Part shown: in pieces, positions 12,221 to 25,700 of the stretch
Position numbering within the stretch: the first letter of the stretch is position 1
Layout of the letters: each line of letters starts with the position of its first letter
Assembly: GCA_964016885.1 (NCBI GenBank)
Contig: OZ024740.1
Coordinates: 291,462,001-291,526,000, forward strand
Origin: Eledone cirrhosa
Lineage: Eukaryota
Length of the DNA stretch: 64,000 bases
Direction of reading: 5' to 3'
Notes under the pieces: generated by a model
What the model was told of the DNA's origin: nothing
The model's input: only the letters and a program-made list of their open reading frames with translations
The model's database searches: none
Translations under genes and position numbers: made by a program

Positions 12221-12680
12221 TGGTGCCAGAAAAGACTGCACAGGCAGGAGTGGGGATACTGACAAGGCGCTGGCTGTCAGAATGTGTTATGGACTGGATC
12301 CCATTAGGAGGGAGGATTTGCCTCTTGAAGCTTAGGCTGAAAGAAAGGTTTCTGTGAGTGGTGCAAGTTTATACACCAAACAAGGAGTTTGAATAGAGAT
12401 CCTTCCTTGATGAATTCACTGCAGAGTTAGATGTAGTCAAGACTGAGTCATATATCCTGATGGGAGACTCCAATGTATGTATTGGCACTAACTACCTGTC
12501 ATGGAAAGGAGTGATTGGAAGAAATGGCGCCCCTGGTCTCAATATGAACGGAGAGGCCTTGCTAAACTTCTGTTTTGATTATCAACACCTTCCAGCATAA
12601 AGAAATCCATAAATATACATGGTATAAGAGGAATCGGACAGAGATCAATAATTGATTTTGTTATTGTCTCTGATCTCTCC
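12221..12680 (+). mobile_element. APE endonuclease portion of the same RTE LINE, inverted relative to the RT part
   Basis: AQAGVGIL...VVQVYTPN...LMGDSN..IG...WKGVIGRNG...N.NGEALLNFC...NTFQHKEIHKYTWY...RSIIDFVIVS. Confidence 0.85.
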
Positions 12681-12816
12681 GATTCATATTTAATCTGTTT
12701 TTAAAATAGAGTTGATTACAGTATGTAGCTTAATTATTGTTTTGATCTAATCATTTAAAACATTCTAATTTCAACAATATTTTATTAAATTGTGATATTT
12801 ATGTTCCAATTTCCAG

Positions 12817-12916
12817 ATTGACAACTCTACATTTGTACGGGTGCAAACGAGTGAAGAATCTCGAGAAAATCCAAGCTCTTCATCCCAACTTAATTATTGA
12901 ATCAGACAGAGATTGA
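12817..12916 (+). CDS. Terminal coding exon of the LRR (FBXL/AMN1-like) gene
   Basis: ttccag|A...GAT TGA. (R)LTTLHLYGCKRVKNLEKIQALHPNLIIESDRD*. Confidence 0.9.
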
Positions 12917-15213
12917 ACAGATGTAAATCTATTTAGTTATTTGAGACTTTAATTGAACTACAATCTAGTCTCTCTCCTTTCTGTTCATAGTATGCTTTGG
13001 CCTCTTCTCACTTACCAATATCAGACAAGTGTATATTTCCAATGCAATAACTTATATTGTAACAATATACTTATTTTCATTTTCCTCCTTTCACATGTTA
13101 TCTCACTAATATGTTATCTCCTTTTAAATGAGTAATCAGTAACAATAGATGGAAACTACTAAATATGTGGCACTCAGTATTCTAAAGAATAAAAACATCG
13201 CCAAATAACAATCTAAAAAAAAAAAAGTCAGCACAAAGAAACAACTTTTTTATCCAGTATTCTTATTGTTTGGCTAGATATAATACAGAAGGTAAACCTT
13301 AGGAACATTGTTACAGCCAAAGAGTTTGACCTGCTTGAAATTTGTGGATTGCATCTATTGCAATGTCTGCAATATATTTCAATCTCTACTTACACAATGA
13401 AAGGAAAACTATGAAAAAAAAAAAATCAAACAAAAAAAAAAACAGCATCAAAAAAATAAAGAGAAAAGAAATCCTTTAAAAATTGAAATGTTTGTATTTC
13501 CTATCTTACAACCAGAAAAAGAACTTTTCTAAGATGAGATAATGTGCATTAAGGCTTCTTTACTTACCAACCCTCCCACTTTATATAGTCTTTCTTTTTT
13601 TCTTTTTTTTTTTTGTTAATAATGTGAAATTAATTTTCACTGACCTTTAAATCTTATCAGGTATAACTTATCATTGTAACTACAATAAGTTATAACATAT
13701 TTCATTACTGACAGTAGATGTTACATTAAAACTTGAACATTTTTATTCTGTATTTTTACTGCTGAAATTATGTTCAGTTTTAATATTTTGGAATTATTTG
13801 TTTCATTAAGGATTCATTAGTATGATAATTATTGGGCTGATGGATTGGCAAAGCGGTAGAGCATCGGAGAAAATATTGAGAGTATGAAGTTGTCTCTCTT
13901 CTCATTCTGATTTCAAATCCCGATGAGGTCAATTTTGCCTTCCCTTCTTCCTCAGCTGATAAAATGAAGCATTAGTCAAATGCTGGAGGCTGATATTACC
14001 AGCTGTTCTATTCTTCCCCAAGGTTATGGCCATGTGCCTATGTAAGAACTTATTATTATTTCTATATTCAAATATGGTTTTATAATTTACTTAGTAACAT
14101 TGTATGGATGATTTTACTCTAAAAACAAGGGATGTTTAATTTAAAATTGTTTATTATGTGGGAAAGAAAACCAAAGAAGGTTTAAGCTAATGAAATGTGT
14201 ATAAATAGATTTTGTATAATTTACAGTTCCATTCTGAAAGAAAACCTGGGGCTTAATTTTTAATATTTTCTGGTAAGTTAGAGGATGTTTTTCTTAATTT
14301 TCCTGATGAAGTATAAATTATAAAAATTCACTAAGATTAAGCCATTGTCTAATTTTTTCATTGGAATCTTAGTTTATTGTTTAAGGTAACTTAAAAAAAG
14401 ATTATTGAACAAAATTTCAACAAAAAAAAGAGAAAAAAAAACAATTGCAAGGGCTTTAATATATTTTCATAGTTGAAAGAATAAAAGCTAAATAAAGCAA
14501 TAATTTTTATCAATACTATAAAATAATATTGCTTGATTAATTCTTAGCTTAGAAAGTTTCGACAAGTTCACTTATATGTATGACTGTTTTGATTAGTATT
14601 TATATAAGTGAAATGCCTGCCTTCACTCCTCAAGCAAAATATTGGCCTTATTGTTCTGAGGTGCTATTTCCCCAAACTTGTGAGTAGATTTGCCCTTTGT
14701 AAAACTGTTCTTGAAATGAATTCCCCAAACCAATCATTTGGAGTGAAACTAGTCAAAAATTTCAAAATATAATTTTAAAAATTGAAATAAAAATCATGGC
14801 AAAAAAAAAAAGAAATACCATCAACTGCTGTCCTTGATGTCAGTCATCATCAGCTGAGACCAATATGGTTAAAGTATTGGTCAATTTTTCCAGGTCAAGG
14901 GTTAGCTATTCTTTAACTAACCCTCAATTTCTACTAACTAAATTTTCAGGTTGAGATTTTCAATTCGAAAAAAAAACAAAACAAAACAAAAAAACAAAGC
15001 AAAACACAAAAACAAAATGAAGTAAGCTTTATTAGGTTGTGCCGTTTCTAGCTATTTAAAACTTTATCAAGTTCTTGCAGTTTTTCATAAAAATATTGTT
15101 TTTTTTTTTTACCAATTAATGAAAAAAAAAATCTATTGGCTAGACAAACAATTTCTCTGTGCTGCATCATAAGGGGTGTATGTATGTTTGTATGTATGTA
15201 TGTGGTGTATGTT

Positions 15214-15252
<39 letters not shown>

Positions 15253-15560
15253 CCTGCTGCAGAATTGGTTCATTCTATTCTATATTTTTTATTGAAAATA
15301 TAGAAAAAAAAACAACGGGTAGTTCAACTTCCGGAAAGCCAGCCTACCCATGGCTATGTAACCAGCTTTCGTAAATCCCTATTGATAGTAATTGGGTAAC
15401 AATAACTGTGGATCTTATTTGAAAGACAACCATTTCGTTCATTAAAAAAATGATTTTCAGTCACATGATTTTCTATTTTATTTGTTTTTTTGTTTTTTTT
15501 TTGTCTTCAGTTTTTAGCAACATAAATTTTTCTGTTTGAAAATAAAATCAAGAGTGTCTT
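12917..15560 (+). other. Probable long AU-rich 3' UTR of the LRR gene
   Basis: AT-rich, TE-poor sequence after the stop. AATAAA at 15541-15546 is followed by a T/GT-rich tract; earlier AATAAA sites (~13188, ~14480) could also be used. Confidence 0.4.
13835..14060 (+). mobile_element. SINE family A, diverged copy (in the probable 3' UTR)
   Basis: ggattggcaaagcggtagag...ttcaaatcccgatgaggtcaattttgcctt...ggccatgtgccta...(ATT)n. Confidence 0.7.
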
Positions 15561-16044
15561 GATTTTTCATCAATTGTATTTTTAGCTATTTTATCACATC
15601 AGATTTCCTCCACCATTCCTGCCACCAGTAAACTATTACATCACCCTCATATGTCCCATTACAATGTAACATCGATAGCATGATACAAACTTGCTACACT
15701 TTAGTGAGGATGTCTTGCTACTCCTGCTACCTGGCTAAATGGTGTCACTACACGGTTCAATCTTATTTTTTTTAAATAACGGTCATATCTTATACAAATC
15801 ACATAATTTTACTGTTGTTAAAAATATAACATGGTTTATGTGGTCCTCATTACCCTATATTTTGGGAAAAGATGGTATAGTCGTGACTGGAACGCCTTTC
15901 ATCATAGGTTTGCTTGGTCAAAGTTAACCTGTGTCAAAGCAACTGCTGTTTACAATGCCTGTCACTTGCACTTATGTGTGAGATATTTATATCTTTATAT
16001 AATTACAGATTACTCATATCTCTCTCTCTCTCTCTATATATATA

Positions 16045-16522
16045 TCATTATCCTCATTGTTTTTATGTCCATTTTCCATGCTTGCATGGGTTGGATGGGT
16101 CCTTCTCAGCACAGCATCTCTCCACTTGTCATGTTCCTTCATCATCTCCTTTGAAATTCAGAGATTTGAGGTCGGTTCTCACAACCTCTGTCCTAGTCGT
16201 TCTTTGTCTACCTCTGTTGCAGCTTCCTTACACTGGGATTTTTTGGCACTTCTTCACCCAGCAGCCATCATCCATGCGCATCACATGTCCATACCAATGC
16301 AATCTTCTCTCCTGTACACCACCTCGGATTCCTCTGTAACCCAAGCTCTGCCTTTCTCTCATACTTACATTGCACATCCAATGAAGCATGGTTGCTTCTT
16401 TTCTCTCTAGCCTTTGCATATCCTCTGCAGTCACAGCCAATCTTTCACTACCATACAGCAGTACACTTTGCACACATGCATCATACAGCCGTATTTTTGT
16501 ACGTAGGGAGAAACCACTTGTT
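16045..16522 (-). mobile_element. RTE LINE 3' fragment
   Basis: GFSLRTKIRLYDACVQSVLLYGSE...RRLHWYGHVMRM; homologous to 1150-1638. Confidence 0.9.
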
Positions 16523-18072
16523 GTCGACATACATACAAACAAGTAACCTGCAGATAAGTTTTTATTATACAGAAACTAAGTAATATGATGTCTGTGGGTC
16601 GCTTGCTGATTTATGGAATATAGGGATGCAGGCCGGTGATTGGTTTAACAGGAATTATGAGTGAACATCAGTTTAACTGTATTTTTTTTAGTGTTTTGTT
16701 TACAGGTTAAGACAATTGACTTATTTCGTCATCATAATTTCATCTGTCTATTTTCCATACTTGTATGGGTTAGATGGGTTATCACATTATGAGACAATTT
16801 TGGTCAGGAGATCACGTCGTACAGATCTGTATTTTGGCTTAGTTTCTAGCCCTTGCTAACACCAAGAAATTCAGAGTGTGGACTTTTTATTGTGGTGCCA
16901 ACATGACCATCTAACAAAGTGGATTTGATGCTTTTGTTGTGGCACCAGCGCTATCACCAAACAGGATGCACTAGGTGCTTTTTGTCATTACTGCAGTACT
17001 GTGGAAGAACATCTCCAGCTTTTCATGCTTGTATGCATGGGCTGGACAGGTGAGGAGTGTTGTAAGTGGGATTTGGGAGGAGGACTGGGTGTGTTTTGTC
17101 ATGGTACCTTATCTTCAGTTATTTGTTTAAATATCACTTTCTATACTTCCAAACTCTCTCTTCTCATGTTATTGGTTTGTTTCATAGAAATTATGTAATG
17201 CCGGTTTACTTACTAACTTGGGTACACACAGACATGGCTGTATAATTAAAGGGATTACTTTGCAACCTTGTGTGGTATCTTGTTGAAGTGTCTTTTACCC
17301 TTGATCAGGACTGTGTGTGGAATTCAGTAGACTGTAGAAGCCTCTTATGTATCATCATCATTGTTTTTGTACCAGTTTTTCTATGCTGGTGTGGAATGGA
17401 TGAGAACTTTTGAGGCAGATTCCTATATAACTAAAAGATTAGTGTTTTTTAATAAAAATATTGGATTACAGACTATTCCTTGTCACTTGTCAGCAATGCT
17501 TGTCCCAGTGAAAAGAAATGTGAAATGAAAAAAAAAAAAAAACTATATAGTAAACTATCTAATAAGTGACACTCCTTCCACTTTAAAAAAAAAGATCAGT
17601 ATATTGGAACATTTTCCAACCATTGTATTGCATACACACACTGCCCTTTTGGTATTTGGTGGGGCACTTCAGAACATTCTAAGTGAACACTCTTTTGTAA
17701 GGAATGTATTTTAGGACATTTTTTATAAACTCTGTTTTATAAATCTGAAAGTAGGCTGACAATGCCATCCAGTACCCTCTCCATAGTGACGGGCCCACAC
17801 ACATGTTATTTTCTATGGCAGGCTTGGGCAATCTTTTTGGGACAGCATAAGATATGGCTCATCATAAGGCAGTCTTCACTACTAAAACATTTCAGGCAAT
17901 TTTGAAATTAGGTGTTCTATGGATTTTCTAACATGTTAGACTAGAAGAGGTCATTAGTTCAACACCTCAATTTCTTGGAGGAAAGGGCCATTAACTGTGA
18001 ATTAAATAGTAGAGTTGTCTCTGTACTTGATTAGTAATATATAGAAGAATTGACCTAGTGCTTGACTAGTAA

Positions 18073-18370
18073 TCATCATCATCATCATTCAACATCCATT
18101 TGCACGCTAGCATGGGTTAGACATGCTGTCCTGTTGTGAGACATCCAGGTCAGAGGATCGTGTTTTGCTCAAACAGAACTGATTTTGGCTTGGTTTCTAC
18201 AGCTGGATGCCCTTCTTAACACCAACCACATTTACAGTGTGGACTGGGCACTTTTTATCGTGACACCTACACGACCTCATTTATTTAGGACTGGATGTGG
18301 TACCAACATAACTTTACAGAGAAAGGGGTGGTGGGAGGGGGGCGTATATTTGATTAAGAGGTGCCTACTA
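18073..18370 (-). mobile_element. RTE LINE 3' UTR fragment with (ATG)n tail
   Basis: catcatcat...acgctagcatgggttaga...gctggatgcccttc.taacaccaaccac...taagaggtgcctac; colinear with 36517-36905. Confidence 0.8.
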
Positions 18371-18786
18371 TATATTTATCAAAGACAAAGTTGAACTTAA
18401 CAGAAATAGAAGGATTGGCTCTGTACTTGGCTAGTAATATATTTATCAAACCTTGGAGGGATGGAAGGCAAAGTTGAACCTAACAGGATTTGAACTCGGA
18501 AGACAAAGAGCTGTAAGAATTACTGCAAGGAATTTGTCTGATGCTAGAGTTCTGTTAATCAGCCACTTTATATTGCAACTTAGAAAACTTAGAATTATTG
18601 CCAAATTATGAGTATTTATTTCTAAAAAGAAAAAAAAAATGTTACGGTACTTTCTGATTTGATATTCTGTCAGAAACAGTTCTGTATGAGCAAGACAGTA
18701 ATCTGATCTGACAACTCATCTAACCCATGCTAGCATGAAAAAAGGGATGTTAAATGGTGATAATGATGATGTCACTTTGAATCTTA

Positions 18787-19000
18787 AAATTGAAATCAAT
18801 GTGTAAGCATCTGTATGGATGTTTGGCCTGCTAGAAATAGCAGCACAATCCACCCACCCCACCTAAATTGAAGTCAATGTATAAGTATCTATATAGATAT
18901 TTGGCCTACTAGAAATAGCAACACAATCCCTCCCTAAATTGAAGTCAATGTACAAATATCTATATGAATGTTTGGCTTGTTAGAAACAGCAGCACAATCT
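18787..19000. repeat. Three-unit ~72-bp tandem duplication
   Basis: aaattgaa(a/g)tcaatgt...tttggc..ctagaaa(t/c)agca.cacaatc three times. Confidence 0.85.
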
Positions 19001-19234
19001 CTCTATAAAAGACAACTTAGCATTTAAAAAATAAGGGAAAATGGGAAGGACATATTGGACAATGTAGTCCTAGATAAATTGTGCCTGGCATGATATTGAC
19101 AGCTTGAATCAATGATAGAGCTAAGTTAGCTCTATCATTGATTTTTGCAGTTATATTTTTAACAATTTGTGTTTAATAATCCTTTCTCATAAAAGGCAAA
19201 AGTAACTGCTGATGAAGTAACATTATTTAATTTG

Positions 19235-19710
19235 GAGGGCGGTGGATTGGCAGTATCGGTAGAGGGTCGGACGCCATGCTTTGACGCATAGAGTTACGGC
19301 CCTTGCTATTCTGAGTTCAAATCAGGCCGAGGTTAACTTTGCCTTTCATCCTTACGGGGTCGATAAAATAAAGTACCAGTAATGCACTGGCTAATTGCTG
19401 GCCTTGTGCCTAAAGTAGAAACAATTATTTAATTTCGAGGTTAACTTTGCCTTTCAAATTTACGGGGTCGATAAAATAAAGTACCAGTAATATACTGGGT
19501 AATTTCTGGCCTTGTGCCAATGGTAGAAACAATTATTTAATTTGGCAGTATCGGTAGAGGGTTGGATGCCATGCTTTCCAGCAAAGTTACGTCCCTTAAC
19601 GATCTGAGGTTGACTTTGCCTTTCATCCTTACGGGGTCGATAAAATAAAGTACCAGTAATGTACTGGGTAATTGCTGGCCTTGTGCCTAAAGTAGAAACA
19701 ATTATTTGAT
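19235..19710 (+). mobile_element. Head-to-tail cluster of three SINE family A copies (one full, two partial)
   Basis: Three 3' ends ...ggccttgtgcc.aa.gtagaaacaattattt at ~19430, 19540 and 19707. Confidence 0.9.
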
Positions 19711-20039
19711 AATGGCATCATAATGAGATTTATTTTAATTGCTTAATTAGAAGCAAGTTATGGAAAGTTTTGGCAGTTCATATAAATAGTCTAATGAAAA
19801 CAATAAATATTCTCTCTTAATAAAACATTTTATTTATTTGTTATTGACCCTTTAGACTGTGAAATCAGTTGTCTGGTTCAGATAGTAATTAATATAATTA
19901 CTCATAGATTAAGTCAATGTGAGTAAGACTGTGTAGTTTCTCTTTCAGCAGAAATAGCAGCCAAATACCTTTCAATTACAATCTATTGCTTTAAAATAGG
20001 TCTTAAGTTCTTCTGCACCTTTCAGTGCATTGAGCAGTA

Positions 20040-20400
20040 AGTATTTGCCAATGATCACGATTAATGGCAGCTTTTTCGCGTCCATGCCAAGTGATGTTGG
20101 CTGCCATCAGGTCTTTACAGAACAGTTGTCGCTAGGTGATCTTGGGGCAACCCCCGCCTCCATTTGCCACCAGGTGGCGTCCAGTTCATTCCTGTTTTCG
20201 AGTGTCTTTTGTTGGGCAGGCGCAGAATATGGCCAACCAGGTGGCACCAGCGATCTGCAACCATCCTTTGTAGCGACCACAACTCAGCTCTCCGCAAGAT
20301 TTTCTTGTTTCGCACTCAGTCGCGCCAGGACACACAGGGTCATTTGCAAGCACTGCTGGTGGAATGCGTTCAGCCGTCTCTCTATCTTTGCTAGATATAA
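20040..20400 (-). mobile_element. 3' fragment of another non-LTR retrotransposon (RTE-like)
   Basis: ERLNAFHQQCL...ILRRAEL...LVGHILRLPNKRHSKTGMNWTPPGGKWRRG.P. Confidence 0.75.
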
Positions 20401-20794
20401 AGAGATGGGATAATGACACAGAGACTGTCTTTACTCATAAGTCTGCTCAATTAGGGCCAATTTGATATCAACAAAATGGGCCATAGATAATTAATTTTCC
20501 CCATCAGTATTGTTAATGAATGGAGTAACAGATATGTTGCTATGGCAACATATTACTAGTGAACTAGATCTGGTTATTTACTTTCTAACTAAACCGTAGA
20601 TTAGTACTGCCTACAGCAGAAGACAGATGAGAAATTGGGAAAGTTGTCCTTCCAAATTGTAGCTGTGAATGAATATGGTCATTTTAACTGCTAGAAATAA
20701 CAACTATTTGAAGTCTTTGTATGACTTGACAAAGTTTTGTTTGCAGAAGACCAGCAGTGATATGTTCATATATCATCATTTTTCATGCCATTAA

Positions 20795-21581
20795 CCCTTT
20801 AGCATGTAAACCAGCCGTATCTGGCCAGAATTCTCTTACCTCTTTCTGTTCAAACTGGCTGTGTCCAGCCACACATACTGATGTTAAGGTATTGTTCTCA
20901 ACATAAATATCAAAATTTCATAAATTTTATATTATGTGAGATAAAGCCGTGAAAATATAATCTATATATATAAAAGTGAGGATGTCTGTCTGTGTGTGTG
21001 TAAGTTTGAATCCCTAAAACTAGAGAAGCACCCAACCGACTGTTTTCAAACTTTACACATGTAATACTTATGTTTCAGGGAGTGTTCTGAGCAAAATTTC
21101 AAATTTTCAATGCCCTAGGGACGGCATTAGGCGATTTAGCGATCTCTGTCTATAATTCTTAGTCTTTCTCTTTTTAGATAGATACATACATATAACGTCA
21201 CGCCCTTATAATATATGTCTGTATGTCTGGCTGTCTGCATTACGTCACTTCCTACAATTCGCTCTGCGTCCAAAATGCGCCCTTATAATATCTGTCTGTA
21301 TGTCTGACTGTCTGCTGCCTCCGGTTATTTCGCTACCCTTGCTCAAGACAAATCTCACACTCATTCCCCAAACAGTTGGTAAGTGCACACAACTTCTTCC
21401 TCACATTTTAAGCCACAGTGTTGCTTACTTACGTACCACCAGACCCTTACTTCTTTGCCAGCCGTGGTTGTGGCAATACTAAGCTTAGCTAAGACGGTTA
21501 TATATTTCACAATACCTTATCCCGTGCAACACCGGGTACCACTGCTAGTAGTAAATATAGAGTAATGTAAATGCTAAAGGG
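20795..21581. mobile_element. TTAA-flanked MITE (piggyBac-like) interrupted by a Helitron
   Basis: TTAA 20791-20794, TIR ccctttagcat...atgctaaaggg, TTAA 21582-21585. An uninterrupted inverted copy is at 61901-62108. Confidence 0.85.
20961..21548 (+). mobile_element. Non-autonomous Helitron
   Basis: 5' TC(tatatatataaaa), 3' CTAG, subterminal hairpin cccgtgcaacaccggg (21521-21536); inserted between A and T with no TSD. Confidence 0.88.
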
Positions 21582-21916
21582 TTAATGTTGTCCCGAAGAA
21601 CAGCAAGAATCAACAGAGTTTGGCACCAGTGACACAATAAGCAAACTCAAGAAACAAAGGGCTGAAAGAGATACTGCAAGGCATCATATCCAATGTTCTC
21701 ACAATTCCATCAATCCAACACCCTGGTCCAGCACTATATTTATTGCCCCTAAAATGATGAAAAGCAAAGTTAATCTTGGATGAATTTCTGCAAGACCTGT
21801 CAAGATATCTCAAATACTGCAAGGGTAATAAATATTACCATGGTAACAAAATCTCATATTTTTCTTCCATTCCTTCCATACATTGTTACTTCTCTTATCT
21901 GACTTTGTTGCCTTAA

Positions 21917-22075
21917 TGTGTGTGTGTGTGTGTTTGTGTCTGTGTGTACGTATGTATGTATAATGAATGTAAGTATGTATATATCTATGTATGTATGTAT
22001 AATGAATGTAAGTATGTATATATCTATGTATGTATGTATAATGAATGTAAGTATGTATATATCTATGTATGTAGG
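21917..22075. repeat. (TG)n plus three copies of a ~39-bp AT-rich unit
   Basis: tatgtatgtataatgaatgtaagtatgtatatatc three times. Confidence 0.85.
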
Positions 22076-22149
22076 TGGGTAGGTAGGCAAACACATAGCT
22101 AGGCATCACAGACTAAAATTTTAGTAAGTAGGAAAGTGGATAAAACCTC

Positions 22150-22770
22150 TGCTAATCATGGAAATGGCTGTGCTCAATTTGCAGAAAAAAGTAGGAACTA
22201 ATTCTATACATTGTGGCCAGTGTATAAAATGGAATTTCAATGAGGTTGACAGAGGAGGTAGACTTTATATGTGACAGGTCCACTACAGAAGTCAATAGTA
22301 AGGCTGAACTCCCTCGAATGCTCAAAAGGCTCATTAGGAGTAGTAAATAAATTTTGCTATCTAGGAGACCACATTAGCAGTGGAGACGGATTTACTGAAA
22401 TTGTTATAGCCAGAGGGAGAATGAGATGGAAGAGATTCAGGGAGCTCTGCTGGCAAGAAATGGTTTCTCTCTCAGATTGTAGGGTAGATTGTATAATGCT
22501 TACATTTAAACTACTATGTTACATGACAGCAACACATGGGCCATAAATGCAGAAGATTTCTACTGATTGAAAAGGACTAAAGCATGCACACTCCACTGGA
22601 TGTGTAATTTTAGTGTGTTTGAACCATGCGTGAGCTGAGTATAAAAGGAGTCATATGTTGTGTCATACCTCTAGTATGGACATGGGATGAAGTTGTGAAG
22701 AATCGTTACAAAAAACAGAACCTCATGAAGAAGATAACATAAGATCATGAAGATTACCAACTCACATGCT
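22150..22770 (+). mobile_element. Heavily decayed RTE LINE 3' fragment abutting the satellite
   Basis: Decayed PHD (kWlCSIC), GSLGVVNKFCYLGDHISSGDG, WKRFREL, TWDEVVK, ending ...ccaactcacatgct. Confidence 0.8.
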
Positions 22771-25700
22771 AAAGACAGGATCATGAAGTCTAGTAATTCA
22801 ATATACAAAAGACAGGATCATGAACACTAGTAACTCAATGTACTAAAGACAGGATCATGATGTATAATAACTCAATGTACTAAAGACAGGATCATGATGT
22901 ATAATAACTCAATGTACTAAAGACAGGATCATGATGTCTAGTAACTCAACATACTAAAGACAGGATCATGATGTATAATAACTCAATGTACTAAAGACAG
23001 GATCATGATGTCTAGTAACTCAACGTACTAAAGACAGGATCATGATGTCTAGTAACTCAACATACTAAAGACAGGATCATGATGTCTAGTAACTCAACAT
23101 ACTAAAGACAGGATCATGATGTATAATAACTCAATGTACTAAAGACAGGATCATGATGTCTAGTAACTCAACGTACTAAAGACAGGATCATGATGTCTAG
23201 TAACTCAACATACTAAAGACAGGATCATGATGTCTAGTAACTCAACATACTAAAGACAGGATCATGATGTATAATAACTCAATGTACTAAAGACAGGATC
23301 ATGATGTCTAGTAACTCAACGTACTAAAGACAGGATCATGATGTCTAGTAACTCAATGTACTAAAGACAGGATCATGATGTATAATAACTCAATGTACTA
23401 AAGACAGGATCATGATGTCTAGTAACTCAACGTACTAAAGACAGGATCATGATGTATAATAACTCAATGTACTAAAGACAGGATCATGATGTCTAGTAAC
23501 TCAACGTACTAAAGACAGGATCATGATGTATAATAACTCAATGTACTAAAGACAGGATCATGATGTCTAGTAACTCAACATACGAAAGACAGGATCATGA
23601 TGTCTAGTAACTCAACGTACTAAAGACAGGATCATGATGTCTAGTAACTCAATGTACTAAAGACAGGATCATGATGTCTAGTAACTCAATGTACTAAAGA
23701 CAGGATCATGATGTCTAGTAACTCAACATACGAAAGACAGGATCATGATGTCTAGTAACTCAACGTACTAAAGACAGGATCATGATGTCTAGTAACTCAA
23801 CGTACTAAAGACAGGATCATGATGTCTAGTAACTCAACGTACTAAAGACAGGATCATGATGTATAATAACTCAATGTACTAAAGACAGGATCATGATGTA
23901 TAATAACTCAATGTACTAAAGACAGGATCATGATGTATAATAACTCAATGTACTAAAGACAGGATCATGATGTCTAGTAACTCAACATACTAAAGACAGG
24001 ATCATGATGTCTAGTAACTCAACATACTAAAGACAGGATCATGATGTCTAGTAACTCAACGTACTAAAGACAGGATCATGATGTATAATAACTCAACGTA
24101 CTAAAGACAGGATCATGATGTATAATAACTCAATGTACTAAAGACAGGATCATGATGTATAATAACTCAATGTACTAAAGACAGGATCATGATGTCTAGT
24201 AACTCAACATACTAAAGACAGGATCATGATGTCTAGTAACTCAACGTACTAAAGACAGGATCATGATGTCTAGTAACTCAACATACTAAAGACAGGATCA
24301 TGATGTCTAGTAACTCAACGTACTAAAGACAGGATCATGATGTATAATAACTCAATGTACTAAAGACAGGATCATGATGTCTAGTAACTCAATGTACTAA
24401 AGACAGGATCATGATGTATAATAACTCAATGTACTAAAGACAGGATCATGATGTCTAGTAACTCAACGTACTAAAGACAGGATCATGATGTATAATAACT
24501 CAATGTACTAAAGACAGGATCATGATGTCTAGTAACTCAATGTACTAAAGACAGGATCATGATGTATAATAACTCAATGTACTAAAGACAGGATCATGAT
24601 GTCTAGTAACTCAACGTACTAAAGACAGGATCATGATGTATAATAACTCAATGTACTAAGGACAGGATCATGATGTCTAGTAACTCAATGTACTAAAGAC
24701 AGGATCATGATGTATAATAACTCAACGTACTAAAGACAGGATCATGATGTCTAGTAACTCAACGTACTAAAGACAGGATCATGATGTCTAGTAACTCAAC
24801 GTACTAAAGACAGGATCATGATGTCTAGTAACTCAACGTACTAAAGACAGGATCATGATGTCTAGTAACTCAACATACTAAAGACAGGATCATGATGTCT
24901 AGTAACTCAACATACTAAAGACAGGATCATGATGTCTAGTAACTCAACATACTAAAGACAGGATCATGATGTCTAGTAACTCAACATACTAAAGACAGGA
25001 TCGTGATGTATAATAACTCAATGTACTAAAGACAGGATCATGATGTCTAGTAACTCAACATACTAAAGACAGGATCATGATGTCTAGTAACTCAACGTAC
25101 TAAAGACAGGATCATGATGTCTAGTAACTCAACGTACTAAAGACAGGATCATGATGTCTAGTAACTCAACATAGTAAAGACAGGATCATGATGTCTAGTA
25201 ACTCAACGTACTAAAGACAGGATCATGATGTCTAGTAACTCAACATACGAAAGACAGGATCATGATGTCTAGTAACTCAACGTACTAAAGACAGGATCAT
25301 GATATCTAGTAACTCAACGTACTAAAGACAGGATCATGATGTCTAGTAACTCAACATACGAAAGACAGGATCATGATGTCTAGTAACTCAACGTACTAAA
25401 GACAGGATCATGATATCTAGTAACTCAACTTACTAAAGACAGGATCATGATGTCTAGTAACTCAACATACGAAAGACAGGATCATGATGTCTAGTAACTC
25501 AACGTACTAAAGACAGGATCATGATATCTAGTAACTCAACGTACTAAAGACAGGATCATGATGTCTAGTAACTCAACGTACTAAAGACAGGATCATGATG
25601 TCTAGTAACTCAATGTACTAAAGACAGGATCATGATGTCTAGTAACTCAACGTACTAAAGACAGGATCATGATATCTAGTAACTCAACGTACTAAAGACA

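Noticed and set aside
19235-19330. tRNA genes at SINE heads
   Set aside because: A/B-box-like motifs are present but there is no cloverleaf, and they are always attached to the SINE body.
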